From the IMG/VR virus record IMGVR_UViG_3300045284_000262, positions 1-53,810 of that record: a DNA stretch of 53,810 bases. One strand, 5' to 3'. The stretch comes from a virus (taxonomy: Duplodnaviria; Caudoviricetes). The notes below the pieces were generated by a model, which saw only the letters and a program-made list of their open reading frames with translations, made no database searches and was not told the origin of the DNA. The position numbers were made by a program, and so were the translations under genes. Shown in pieces: positions 18,981 through 28,072 of the stretch; position 1 is the stretch's first letter; every line of letters begins with the position of its first letter.

Positions 18981-20780
18981 TCAGGCCGGGTGTTCCACAG
19001 TGGGAGGCTTACGCTTTCTGACTCGTTTACTCCCCTTGGCCTCCGGAGCGAATGGATCAGTCGCATATATGATCTTGGGTTTCTTTGGTGCGACTGGACG
19101 CAGCCCGGCATACACCAGTCTTGATGTGACTATGGCTTTGTTGCCCGGGGAAACTTCGGCGATCTCCTGCAACTCATTCACCAGGAGCTGAACGGCATCA
19201 GGGACGGAGACGTTGCGGGGAGCCACCGGGGCAGCCACCGGAGTAGCAACGCACTCTGATTCGGTAACGTGGGCAGGTGCGCTGCTGATAGTCTCCGGTG
19301 GTTTTGCCGCTGGCAAAGCGAGGATGTCATAGAAAGGAACGTTCTCTCCATGGCGATGGAGGATGCTCACTTCGTATCCATGGCGCACCACCCAACTGAT
19401 GACATCTTCGGGAGTGGCGTTCTGCCTTTTAAGGGCGATCTCGTTAATCTCAATCACCATCTTCGGGTGAAATTTTTCGATGAGCTGCTCCATGCCTTTA
19501 AGAGCGTTCAATTCATATCCCTCAACGTCCATCTTAATGAGATCGAGCTGACCAAAGAGACACATCTGAGTATCCATTCGCTGCACCTGGATGATCGGGC
19601 CTCCGTTTCGGTTGCTATGGTCTACGAAGTGTGAGGCGAAGTTATCGGGGTTGTCTCCTATCAAACCAGCCACACCGTCATGCGCTCCGAGCGCATGGCA
19701 GAACCCGAAGACGTTCGACATGCCGTTGGTGTTGTGAACCAGGCACTTGAAGGCATCGGGGTTGGGTTCGTAGGCAAACACCTTCCCGGCTTTGCCTACC
19801 GCGTGAGAATACGCAACAGTATGATCCCCAATAAAAGCACCAACATCAACAACGGTATCACCGGGTCTGATGTGTTTGAGGACGTAAGGAATGAGGGGAT
19901 CAAAATCAAGGCGTCCGGCCTCCATTACCCGGCCACTGATGGCATCATTCTCCAGAACCCAGGTTCCGTCACGTACTTTATGAATCTGAGCGGGTGGGTC
20001 ACCACTCCCACTAACAGGATGTAGCTGCTCTTGGAGTGCGAAGATTTCCTGTGGCCGGGGGCTTGCATCCAAGCTGCTTGCTCCCGATTCGGTATTGCTA
20101 CTGCCGCTCAAGTTTTTTCGCAGGACGTCAATCAGTGAACCGTCCTTGGAGGAATGGAACACCACGGTTTCTTCCCGGATTTCATTCAGGTGGGTGAACG
20201 TGCCGTGCTTCCAGTAGTGCTGAATCAGCTTCGTCCAGTGTGCGTTGGGGATGATCTGGTCTTTGGCGGCAATGTCCCAGGCAACTTCGTGTGCGCGGTA
20301 GCATTCACCGGCCAGCAGGTAGATCGGGTTCTGGTAGATTCCTACCCCGGACATATGGATGGGCACATCGGGTCGCTTGGCCCCAAGGTCAACGCGCTCG
20401 CCCATGAAGGGCTTGCCGCCGCGCTTATACTCAGCCTCCAGGGCGTCCAGCCAGCCCGGGCTTATCGGTATGGCGTCCGGCTCAAGCCAGAAGAAGCAGG
20501 GCCATTCCCTGGTGTGCTGGATGAGGGTGGCGGCCAGGCTGAACATCTGGTTGGCTCCCTCCGGCCAGCCATCGACGTCAGACGACGTCAGACGGTGCTT
20601 GGCGAGGCGGAAGACTTTCCCCAGGGTCTTTACCACATCCTCCATGATCTGCTGGTTGCAGCGTCGGTCGCTCAAAATAAAAACGTCATGGGATTTATAT
20701 TCTCCCAGCTCTGCAATCCATTGCGCGTTTTTGAGCGCAAGCTGTTCATCGACAACGCTAAAGGGGTATATCACTAGCAT
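18981..20780 (-). CDS. Glycosyltransferase-like domain fused to FkbM-family methyltransferase
   Basis: C-terminal VVDVGAFIG..VFAYEPNP..LIKMDVEGYELNAL is FkbM; N-terminal FFWLEPDAIP..GWLD..HMSGVGIY is GT-A-like (weaker). Confidence 0.8.
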   Translation of the reverse strand: MLVIYPFSVVDEQLALKNAQWIAELGEYKSHDVFILSDRRCNQQIMEDVVKTLGKVFRLAKHRLTSSDVDGWPEGANQMFSLAATLIQHTREWPCFFWLEPDAIPISPGWLDALEAEYKRGGKPFMGERVDLGAKRPDVPIHMSGVGIYQNPIYLLAGECYRAHEVAWDIAAKDQIIPNAHWTKLIQHYWKHGTFTHLNEIREETVVFHSSKDGSLIDVLRKNLSGSSNTESGASSLDASPRPQEIFALQEQLHPVSGSGDPPAQIHKVRDGTWVLENDAISGRVMEAGRLDFDPLIPYVLKHIRPGDTVVDVGAFIGDHTVAYSHAVGKAGKVFAYEPNPDAFKCLVHNTNGMSNVFGFCHALGAHDGVAGLIGDNPDNFASHFVDHSNRNGGPIIQVQRMDTQMCLFGQLDLIKMDVEGYELNALKGMEQLIEKFHPKMVIEINEIALKRQNATPEDVISWVVRHGYEVSILHRHGENVPFYDILALPAAKPPETISSAPAHVTESECVATPVAAPVAPRNVSVPDAVQLLVNELQEIAEVSPGNKAIVTSRLVYAGLRPVAPKKPKIIYATDPFAPEAKGSKRVRKRKPPTVEHPA

Positions 20781-21039
20781 AAGGTGTAAAGAATAACGGG
20801 GTGTTCACGCCCATGTAAGCTCCTGCCACATTGAAGTTAAAGTGTTCCCACGCTTCGGGTTCGCTCATCTTGTCCCGGTTTATGAGGATGTCGATACATT
20901 TCCGGGTGTCGTAGACGACCAGGGCTGACATCCCACATCGCTCCACTATGCCCATGATGGCGTCCTCAAATCCATCGGCCATCAGGGCGTCCTCATTAAA
21001 CTGCGCCACCCATTCGCGTATCTTCAATGTGTCCGTCAT
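20758..21039 (-). CDS. Conserved phage hypothetical protein
   Basis: ADGFEDAIMG..VYD..KCI.IL..EAWEHFNFNV.GAYMG..TP.F is a recurrent phage motif. Confidence 0.7.
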   Translation of the reverse strand: MTDTLKIREWVAQFNEDALMADGFEDAIMGIVERCGMSALVVYDTRKCIDILINRDKMSEPEAWEHFNFNVAGAYMGVNTPLFFTPYASDIPL

Positions 21040-21232
21040 AGCCTCGGTAAACCAGGTCGTTTTTATGCCCTCGCAGCCGCGCCTTCAAGTCCCGAATGTA
21101 GTCCGGGTCAACATCGTCCCGCGATTCCCATGCTGCCAGAAGGTCGGCCTTGCCGTAGTACTTCTGCACCAATTTTTCAAAAGACTTTTTCTTCTTGGCG
21201 GCGTGGTAAAGGTCAGGCAGTTTGCGGCCCAT
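20996..21232 (-). CDS. Hypothetical protein
   Basis: 78-aa ATG ORF overlapping the next gene. Confidence 0.55.
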   Translation of the reverse strand: MGRKLPDLYHAAKKKKSFEKLVQKYYGKADLLAAWESRDDVDPDYIRDLKARLRGHKNDLVYRGYDGHIEDTRMGGAV

Positions 21233-21295
21233 ATTAGAAAAAGGGGTAGGGGGGTGTTTCGGTAGGAATTTGGTCTAACACCATTTTACGTAAAC

Positions 21296-21484
21296 TCAGG
21301 AAGTAGATGGATTTCTGAATCCAAGGGTGGCGTGTAACCATGCTCGATGTTCTTCAATATCCACATCCAGAATGCCACAGTGAGCAGGAAACCAGCGGTA
21401 GGTCATCAATTCCCCTTCCTGGTTTAGAATGATTGTGTTGACTATTCCGTTAGAGAACTGACAAATATGAGTAGTTGTTTCCAT
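21296..21484 (-). CDS. Hypothetical protein
   Basis: 62-aa ATG ORF in the gap after the primase-helicase. Confidence 0.35.
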   Translation of the reverse strand: METTTHICQFSNGIVNTIILNQEGELMTYRWFPAHCGILDVDIEEHRAWLHATLGFRNPSTS

Positions 21485-21519
21485 GCTGGAAAAATACTGG
21501 AAGATTTTCTATAAATACC

Positions 21520-23460
21520 TCAACGAATCCAATTTACTAAATTTCCACTGAATAACAGATTGCTGGAAAATCTGCCTTTTGGGGACAGTGCATTGTAGCA
21601 AGCTGACTTCTCGGCTCCGCTAATTTCCAGCAATTTATCCCGCGCCATCACCCGGAGTAATTCACCGCCCTCAAAAACCTCTTTTACCATTTCTTCGGTA
21701 ATCACGACGCGCTTATCCTTGCTTGTTGAGTCGAACGTCACCCAGTCGAATGATGGAACTGGTTCAAATAGTCCGACCTTGCGTTTCCATGCGCTACGCT
21801 TCCCCAGGTCGCCATCGTTGTTCTTGCAGCATGTGAACACTACCTGGTCGTCTTCGGTGTCGTCCGAGGCGTATTGCAGCACAAAAACGCATCTTGGGAC
21901 GCTGGTCAGGACATGGCTTCCAGCCAGGATGTTCATCAGGCCGCGCCCGGTGGAGCGTTCGTCCTTCTGTGGCTTCCGGGTATGCGCCACGATGCAGAGT
22001 GCGGTATTGACAGGTAAGACCGACTTGATCTGCTCAAAGGTTTCCAGGTAAGTCCTTTGCTCCTGATCTCGCGCGGCGGCGTTCCATGGATCGAGAGCGA
22101 CTATGTCCGGAGAAAATTCCGTAATGCAGTCACCGAGCTGTTTCCTGAAATCATCGTTTCGGAACAGCATTCCATATGGTGGTGGTTCGCTGATACGAAC
22201 GTAATCCTGTAATTCCTTGCAATTCAGCTCTTTGAAATTGAGTGACAGACGCCACAACCCGTTCTCCTGCTGGATTATCATGGTTTTGAACTGTCTGTGA
22301 ACATCTAGCCCAAACCATTTACCTTTCCCTTTCGCGCCAGCCACGGCCAGTGATGTCAGGGCAAGTGATTTGCCCACCCCATTTGGCCCGCCGAGGACGA
22401 AAATGAATGTCCCATCTTTGCAAATATGGTGGTTGCCAACGAGCTGCATTCCTTCCGGTGGATCGTATGATTCTAGGAAGTTTGGGTCGCAAAAACTGAC
22501 AAACTGCTTTTCCGGGGTTAAAGTCGTTGCTCCGTTGGGTTTATCTAAAATGTTCCAGCTTCCAGCATCCTTATGGGGATAGTGGAAGGTGGAATGTTCG
22601 CTTTCCACCTTCCCGATCTTCGACCGGAGCACATCATTGAAGGCTTGAACAACATGTGAACAAGATGTGTGCTTGCAGTCCAGCGTGGGCGCGCCGTTCA
22701 AATAAAGGATGGTGTGCTTCGCCCCGTCCTTGGCGGTGTGAAAAGATTCCCCGGGGCAATGTTTAACAAAGTATCCGCCCTTCTCAGGACTGTAGGTGCA
22801 TTCACCCAACAGCTTGATTGCGATTAACTCTCTCGCCGTCATGTCCGGGGTTATGACCGTGGTTGTCTTACCCCGGGGCAACGGATCGGCAGGTGGAAGG
22901 ATCGCGCCAAGGGCGTTGTTCAACCAGAGGTCAGGGTCGTATGTGAAAAAGCATATCCGGGCAAGGTCTTTGCATTTCTCGTCTATTTCGACGCCAAGGT
23001 CGCGCACGTTGTCCCTTATGGCGCGGAACGAATCCTCATGCCGGGCAGGGTCGTTGACCACGTTGAAGAACACTTTGAGTCCGTCCCCGGACGGGGAAAG
23101 GGCAATGGCGCGCACGTAGGGCAGGTATTTGAGCGTTTCCCGGATCGAGTGCAGCTTGTCCCCCAGGCTGTCCATATCGGCGCACAGAAGGCCGGAGTAC
23201 TCCACCAGGGCGGCGTTTGAGCGGGTTGAGAAACTCCCTGAAGGCATAAACCCCGGCAGCTCCGATTTCAGCTCTGCTATGGATTCCTTGGCCTTGACCG
23301 TGTCCCCGGTAATGTCGCGCTCGGCCTCATACTTGTTCCGGATGCGGGTGATTTTCTCCTTGAGGCCGTGCTCGCCTGACCGGGTGACCGACCAGATTTC
23401 CTCAAACGTGATTGGATGGGTGTCTGTCTGCTGACAGCGTTTCACCATTGAGACTGTCAT
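21520..23460 (-). CDS. Primase-helicase: VirE N-terminal/BT4734-like domain + AAA_25 (RecA-type) helicase
   Basis: K..LPGF.PSG.F..R..YSGL.C.D.D, SPSGDGLK, D..R.CF..YDP; Walker A GPNGVGKS, LDPW, IVAHTRK; start ATG 23460 chosen from ATGA overlap. Confidence 0.85.
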   Translation of the reverse strand: MTVSMVKRCQQTDTHPITFEEIWSVTRSGEHGLKEKITRIRNKYEAERDITGDTVKAKESIAELKSELPGFMPSGSFSTRSNAALVEYSGLLCADMDSLGDKLHSIRETLKYLPYVRAIALSPSGDGLKVFFNVVNDPARHEDSFRAIRDNVRDLGVEIDEKCKDLARICFFTYDPDLWLNNALGAILPPADPLPRGKTTTVITPDMTARELIAIKLLGECTYSPEKGGYFVKHCPGESFHTAKDGAKHTILYLNGAPTLDCKHTSCSHVVQAFNDVLRSKIGKVESEHSTFHYPHKDAGSWNILDKPNGATTLTPEKQFVSFCDPNFLESYDPPEGMQLVGNHHICKDGTFIFVLGGPNGVGKSLALTSLAVAGAKGKGKWFGLDVHRQFKTMIIQQENGLWRLSLNFKELNCKELQDYVRISEPPPYGMLFRNDDFRKQLGDCITEFSPDIVALDPWNAAARDQEQRTYLETFEQIKSVLPVNTALCIVAHTRKPQKDERSTGRGLMNILAGSHVLTSVPRCVFVLQYASDDTEDDQVVFTCCKNNDGDLGKRSAWKRKVGLFEPVPSFDWVTFDSTSKDKRVVITEEMVKEVFEGGELLRVMARDKLLEISGAEKSACYNALSPKGRFSSNLLFSGNLVNWIR

Positions 23461-23807
23461 AAATACATGTCCCGAATGAGAAGCAGCTTTTCCTGCTGCT
23501 TGGGGCTGATTTTCTTCGCGGTAGTGAGTGACCGGACGAACTGCCTCTCCCATGCGGGGAGATTGTCCAGCTTTGAAAGTGAGGTCAGGATAATGGCGTT
23601 TTCCAGAGCCTTGCGAACGTTGTCCGGGTGCGGTATCCAGCCCAGGAACTTGCGGCAATCAGAGCAGACGCGGCGGGCATAGTGAGTCCCGCGCTTTTCC
23701 ATGACCACTTCCGCGCGCGGGTGAGGACAGTCGCCGAAGAATGCGCCCTGCGTCTCAGCCATTGGCCAGCCCTCCGGTGGGTACTCCGTGCTTTGCACGT
23801 AGCTCAA
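23457..23807 (-). CDS. Zn-ribbon hypothetical protein
   Basis: CPH...HYAR..CSDCRKFLGW; coupled to the primase start; start uncertain (ATG 23762 is an alternative). Confidence 0.65.
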   Translation of the reverse strand: MSYVQSTEYPPEGWPMAETQGAFFGDCPHPRAEVVMEKRGTHYARRVCSDCRKFLGWIPHPDNVRKALENAIILTSLSKLDNLPAWERQFVRSLTTAKKISPKQQEKLLLIRDMYL

Positions 23808-23983
23808 GCGGTTTATCGCCAGAAATACACACAGAGCACCCGCCGGAAGGTTGGTTGCTGATGTGAACTACGTGCATGAAAACGAATTAAAGCACAACAC
23901 CAGATGGGTTGACAATCTTTTTTTCAGAATTATTTTCCAATGTTGCGCTTAAGGTTTGAAACGACCAAAGGTGAGTAGAGACT

Positions 23984-24020
23984 AAAAAGGCGCGGGGTTC
24001 ATCGGTGTTCCTCGCGCCTT
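23984..24020 (-). terminator. Rho-independent terminator
   Basis: Stem AAGGCGCG (23987-23994) / CGCGCCTT (24013-24020) with a T5 run on the - strand, just downstream of 24037..24618. Confidence 0.75.
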
Positions 24021-24036
24021 CTCTCTTAAAATCCGG

Positions 24037-24618
24037 TCACATCGGATTCCCGAATGGGTCATACCCCTTCTCTAGCTGATCTCGGGCATTGCCTTCAATT
24101 GAATCACGAATCCATTGAGGCCATTGAGTGTGGGGTAATCCTTGTATGATTGCACGATCCTGGTCAGTCATGTTATCGAAAGCGGCAGGTACTTCCCATT
24201 CCTTGCCGTTTATCTCCATGCCTATGGTTTTGTAAACATCCTTCGGCCCCATCCTGTACTCAGGTTCCTGGTCAAGTGAACGTTCGTGCTCATTGTAGGC
24301 TGCATTGTATCGCTCGTCTGAAAGCGTAGAGACTCCCCGGTTTGACCCAATCATTCGTGCGGCAGCTGAATTTCCTGGAAGAATGTCTCCTTCATCCGGG
24401 ACTGGTCGGCTGAATCCGGAATACCCAGGCTGCGCGTTTGACTGCTGTGGTTGCCCTGCCCTCGGGTCAACGTACCAGTATGGCCCTGCTCCAAGGTCAG
24501 GGATTATGACGTTACTTTTGGGCGGTGAGGGAAGTGCCGGTGGAGCCAATCCGGCAATTGAAAGAACTTCATCGAATGGCACTCCGAAATAGCTGTCCAG
24601 CCATTCTTTGGTTCGCAT
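24037..24618 (-). CDS. Hypothetical protein
   Basis: 193-aa ATG ORF followed by a terminator. Confidence 0.65.
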   Translation of the reverse strand: MRTKEWLDSYFGVPFDEVLSIAGLAPPALPSPPKSNVIIPDLGAGPYWYVDPRAGQPQQSNAQPGYSGFSRPVPDEGDILPGNSAAARMIGSNRGVSTLSDERYNAAYNEHERSLDQEPEYRMGPKDVYKTIGMEINGKEWEVPAAFDNMTDQDRAIIQGLPHTQWPQWIRDSIEGNARDQLEKGYDPFGNPM

Positions 24619-24638
24619 GGGATGTTACCCCGGTGATG

Positions 24639-24692
24639 TCAGTAGGGCATTGGCGGTTTGCTGCCGCTCTTTTTCTTCTTCTTCTTGGCCAC
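24639..24692 (-). CDS. Lys-rich micropeptide (17 aa, MAKKKKKKSGSKPPMPY)
   Basis: GTG overlaps the upstream TAG (TAGTG). Confidence 0.35.
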   Translation of the reverse strand: MAKKKKKKSGSKPPMPY

Positions 24693-24880
24693 TAGGTCAG
24701 CTTCGCTCCCGCGAAATGCTTCTTGCCGGACTTCCCAATTGCAGCGCGGCTGTGGTTTGACCCCGGGGACACGGTGACCTTGGAATGGGGTGGGAGAGCG
24801 GTGGTGAGATGCGAAGAACCGGCCAGCTTGCGATTGATTCCGTATCCTCCGCCCATGGAATTGCTGTGCTTCATTTTCAT
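24692..24880 (-). CDS. Small basic hypothetical protein
   Basis: 62-aa K/G/S/H-rich ORF; GGGAG upstream. Confidence 0.5.
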   Translation of the reverse strand: MKMKHSNSMGGGYGINRKLAGSSHLTTALPPHSKVTVSPGSNHSRAAIGKSGKKHFAGAKLT

Positions 24881-24924
24881 GGAACACGATTAAGCTCCCG
24901 TTCCCCGGGCTTGTCAATGGGGAA

Positions 24925-25278
24925 TTACATTCCAAGAGTCTGGCGCGCCATGGCCAGCATCGACCTACACGCTTCAAAACGAGCAAAGACAGCTTCCCAT
25001 TCGGCAATCGTGCCGCAAGCGGTGGCGTAGCTTTTCTCCAATCCTTTTATGTTTTCCAGATACACAAAACTGGAACGTGCCAGTGTTTCAGAGGCAGCCA
25101 CGGATTCCCCGCGCTGGATGAAGCGCACCTGCTCGGCTGCCAGGGCGTTCTTGCGCTGGTCGCTTGAAAATTCCTTGATCTGCCGCGCTGCTCCCACCAG
25201 TGGAGCGAGGGTTTTCATCCGGGCAACGCACTCAGTCATGCGTTTCTCAATGTCTTTGATTTCGTCGTCGTCTATCAT
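24925..25278 (-). CDS. Hypothetical helical protein
   Basis: 117-aa ORF, ATGA overlap, AGGAG RBS. Confidence 0.7.
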   Translation of the reverse strand: MIDDDEIKDIEKRMTECVARMKTLAPLVGAARQIKEFSSDQRKNALAAEQVRFIQRGESVAASETLARSSFVYLENIKGLEKSYATACGTIAEWEAVFARFEACRSMLAMARQTLGM

Positions 25279-26237
25279 TTCTTCTCCTTCACCTTTGCGA
25301 GTGCGTCTTTAACTGCCGCTTCGGAGCAAGCTGGGATGTAGCGCATCACGATCTGCACCTTCTCCCTCTCGGCGGCGAGTTGGTTTTCCTTCTCAGTCCA
25401 GAGCTTGAAGATTTCACGCTCATGTTCTTTCTTCTCGGCGGTGAGTTGCTTCTGAAATTCAATCACCTTTCCACTGAACGTTCGTGACCGTGTTCTCTCG
25501 GCGGCGAGTTGTTGCTGTAAGTCCTCGATCTGCGACCGTGCTGCTAGAACGTGATCGTCCCATCCTTGGGCGTATTCGGTGGTCTTTGGTTTCGACTTCT
25601 CTGCGGCGAGTTGCTGGCTAATGTTTAACTCAATGGCTTCATGCGCCTTCCTCTCAGCGGCGAGTGCGGCGTTGATTGCTGCGGCAAGTCCGAAGTCACC
25701 ATCCCTGCCGCGTATGACCGCAATAGTCTCCACCGTCCATTCGCCTGCGGGTTTGGGTAAGAGTGATGGGTCAATCTTAACGTGAATCTCGGTGGGCAAT
25801 TCAGTTTCCATGCCTGTCGCGGTTTTAGCTGTGGCAATCGCGGCGTTGTGTGCAATAGCTATGGCGTTGTTTTTATCTTCTTCGTGCCAGTGCTTCTGTC
25901 GCAGTTTCATCACTGAATACACCGTCCATTCGCCGCTCGCGGGTTTGGGTTGGTCGTATCCGGCATCCGCTTGTGGGTCGTTGACGGGTTTGGGTTGAGT
26001 CCCTTCGGGAAAAGGAACGTCATGATAATCCCGCGTCGGGTCAGGTTGGTTTGCGGGACAGTTAATGGGGTCACGCTTCCCTGTGTAATAGGCATTCATG
26101 TTATCAGTTTTTCTAATGAAACGCTGGCAGTCACAGTCAGCCATGCACGATTGGCTGAAGGTGTGGTGTCTAAGCTCACTGTGACCGCAGATGCAATACT
26201 CATTCCGCTTCGGTGTCTGTGGTAGTGGTGCTGGCAT
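25275..26237 (-). CDS. Modular repeat protein (Cys/His N-terminus, PKP..EWTV and QLAAE repeats)
   Basis: ATG 26237 after GGAAGGA; CICGH..HH..C..DCDC; repeats visible in protein and DNA. Confidence 0.7.
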   Translation of the reverse strand: MPAPLPQTPKRNEYCICGHSELRHHTFSQSCMADCDCQRFIRKTDNMNAYYTGKRDPINCPANQPDPTRDYHDVPFPEGTQPKPVNDPQADAGYDQPKPASGEWTVYSVMKLRQKHWHEEDKNNAIAIAHNAAIATAKTATGMETELPTEIHVKIDPSLLPKPAGEWTVETIAVIRGRDGDFGLAAAINAALAAERKAHEAIELNISQQLAAEKSKPKTTEYAQGWDDHVLAARSQIEDLQQQLAAERTRSRTFSGKVIEFQKQLTAEKKEHEREIFKLWTEKENQLAAEREKVQIVMRYIPACSEAAVKDALAKVKEKK

Positions 26238-27138
26238 GTTTTTCCTTCCATTTGGTTTCTGCTTCCAATCCAAATTCGCATTGCTCCTGCACCCCGCAGA
26301 AATCCAGGCAGCGCACAGGCTCAGCCTGACGCTCCTCGATATAGAATTTCTTAGTATCCCCGGGGCGAGCAATCCTCATGGCTTGCATCATGGCTGCCTC
26401 GGCCTGATCGCGGCTGGGGTAAAGCCGGATGGCTCGTTTACGGTCGGAACGCATGACAGCGAAAGTGGCATCCCGCTGCCAGCGTTCCTTTTTGTTGCAG
26501 ACCGGAGGGTTAGCCGCCTCTGCGCGGTGTTTCTCCACCCGCTGGTTGATGAAATCCTGAGCCTGTCCAATGCTCCACATTGTCATGGGCAGGATATGGA
26601 CGGCGCACTTGGGGTAATCAGGCTTGCGGCTAAATCGAGCCTCTCGCACCTTCCAATCCTTCAGAATGGCGATGTTGACCAGATGGCTGACGTCGTAGTT
26701 ATGCTGCCGCATCAGGTAAAGGTTGATGTTGGCCTGTTGCTCCCATTCCTCGGTATCGCCCATGAGGAATTTCCAGACGCTGGTTTCCTTCCAGTCGTAC
26801 AGGGTTCTGGTTTCTTTGTCGAAAAGGTCAAACTTCGCGCTGATTTTTGCGCCGGTCAGGGGCATGATGCTTTCAAGGCGTTGCTCCACAAGGTATCGGT
26901 CGGGGTTGGCCTTGGCGATGCGCTCAAGAACAACGTGCTTTGTCTGGCCTTGGAAACGCCACACCCTGTCGGAAGCATCCTCGGTCATTACAGAGTCAAA
27001 CTTCCGGGAGTAGGCCACAATGCGGCTCGGCTTAATCAGCTCGGTTGCCGTGTATTCGGCGTCACCGCGCTCATAGTCGTCGCTGCCTACGGCAGTAACG
27101 AAGGGTTCGGGTAGGTTATATCGGTTGGTTAGCTTCAT
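26200..27138 (-). CDS. PD-(D/E)XK (Cas4-like) exonuclease
   Basis: G...H, E.R, SAKFDL, LYDWKET, Q.NI..YL and C-terminal RC..FC.V...C. Confidence 0.8.
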   Translation of the reverse strand: MKLTNRYNLPEPFVTAVGSDDYERGDAEYTATELIKPSRIVAYSRKFDSVMTEDASDRVWRFQGQTKHVVLERIAKANPDRYLVEQRLESIMPLTGAKISAKFDLFDKETRTLYDWKETSVWKFLMGDTEEWEQQANINLYLMRQHNYDVSHLVNIAILKDWKVREARFSRKPDYPKCAVHILPMTMWSIGQAQDFINQRVEKHRAEAANPPVCNKKERWQRDATFAVMRSDRKRAIRLYPSRDQAEAAMMQAMRIARPGDTKKFYIEERQAEPVRCLDFCGVQEQCEFGLEAETKWKEKHASTTTTDTEAE

Positions 27139-27271
27139 CGTTAATCCATGTTGCCAGCTTCGGCACGTTAAGGTTGTCCACGATCTGTTGGTAAACTTCG
27201 GTGGTGTCGGGATATTTGCTGCTCTCTTTTTCGTTGGGAAGGATTTCTTCTACGGTGATTCGGTATTTCAT
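27116..27271 (-). CDS. Hypothetical protein (51 aa, MKYRITVEEI...)
   Basis: Read manually; ATG in ATGA overlap with the upstream stop; fills the gap. Confidence 0.55.
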   Translation of the reverse strand: MKYRITVEEILPNEKESSKYPDTTEVYQQIVDNLNVPKLATWINDEANQPI

Positions 27272-27720
27272 AGTGTTTCAGTGATTAGTGCTCTTAGCCT
27301 GTTATCCAAATCTATGTCCGGGGGAAGGTCAGGCGGATCAATCCTGGGGTCAGGGTCACCGGGAAATTCCGGCCTGTCTGTGCTTGGCCTCTTTCTGGTT
27401 CGGAAGAACCCTGCATGTTCGGGATGGTGAACATGGAACAAACGTGCGTAGTAGGCTCGGTAGTTATTCTGAATCTTGAGTCCACCTGCCTTGGCGAGAA
27501 GATGGGTGGGCATGTTCCAGCGCACCTGCTCGGTGCATTCCGATATGGAGTAATTCTTGCGCCCTTTCCTGATTTCATCGAGTGCCTGTTTTTCAATCCA
27601 TTCATACACAATGGGGTTAGCCTTGTGGAATTTGCAAAAGCCAGCGTAAATTTGGTCTGCTCTGGTCTTTCGCCTTTTGCCGTTCCAGCTAAACAAGTCA
27701 CCCTGATCTTCGTCGGCCAT
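27268..27720 (-). CDS. Conserved phage hypothetical protein
   Basis: F..FHKANP.VY...E.VRW..KI.NNYRAYYAR..FF..R motif. Confidence 0.7.
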   Translation of the reverse strand: MADEDQGDLFSWNGKRRKTRADQIYAGFCKFHKANPIVYEWIEKQALDEIRKGRKNYSISECTEQVRWNMPTHLLAKAGGLKIQNNYRAYYARLFHVHHPEHAGFFRTRKRPSTDRPEFPGDPDPRIDPPDLPPDIDLDNRLRALITETL

Positions 27721-27922
27721 CAGTTACATTCTCCATACGGTGTTGGCTTTGGAGAATCCTCTACCTGTCGCTCTCCATGCCTGGACTCTCCTAATCATGT
27801 TCCATTTCTTTTTCTGAACCTGCTTTGCGGTCATTGGTTTGTGCTTGTGCTTCGACGTAAAGTAAGGGTCAATGGGCATAAGGTGGGAAAGGGTCAGGCG
27901 GGGTTGCTCCTGACCCCCATGA

Positions 27923-28072
27923 TTATTCTTCCCGCTGTTTCATGAATGCTTCCGCAATTTCCTCACCCACGGTAGCGGGCATGTTACCGTAGGTGGTTTC
28001 CGAGATATGCCTGTTGGTGTGCAGCCACTCGATTGCGAAATCGACAACGTCTTTAATTTCTTCTTCGTTCAT
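27923..28072 (-). CDS. Hypothetical protein
   Basis: ATG 28072, overlaps the upstream gene end. Confidence 0.5.
   Translation of the reverse strand: MNEEEIKDVVDFAIEWLHTNRHISETTYGNMPATVGEEIAEAFMKQREE

Noticed and set aside
19987-20110. Functional tRNA gene
   Set aside because: Too long, lacks the TTCGA T-loop and D-loop consensus, and lies within a CDS; kept only as a structured element
23461-23658. N-terminal extension of the primase-helicase in the ORF track
   Set aside because: Overlaps the upstream gene; ATG 23460 in an ATGA overlap is the better start
23909-23937. TTGACA promoter on the + strand
   Set aside because: Poor -10 and it points antisense into a terminator with no downstream + gene
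25366-25666. Interspersed 17-bp repeats as a CRISPR array
   Set aside because: Repeats are short, in frame within a CDS and irregularly spaced
26191-27114. 307-aa + strand ORF (also 20154..20777 +, 4026..4772 -, 44431..45099 -, 47583..48248 -)
   Set aside because: Antisense shadows of well-supported genes with no motifs
26200-27138. Cas4 as evidence of CRISPR-Cas
   Set aside because: Solo PD-(D/E)XK exonucleases are routine in phage recombination modules
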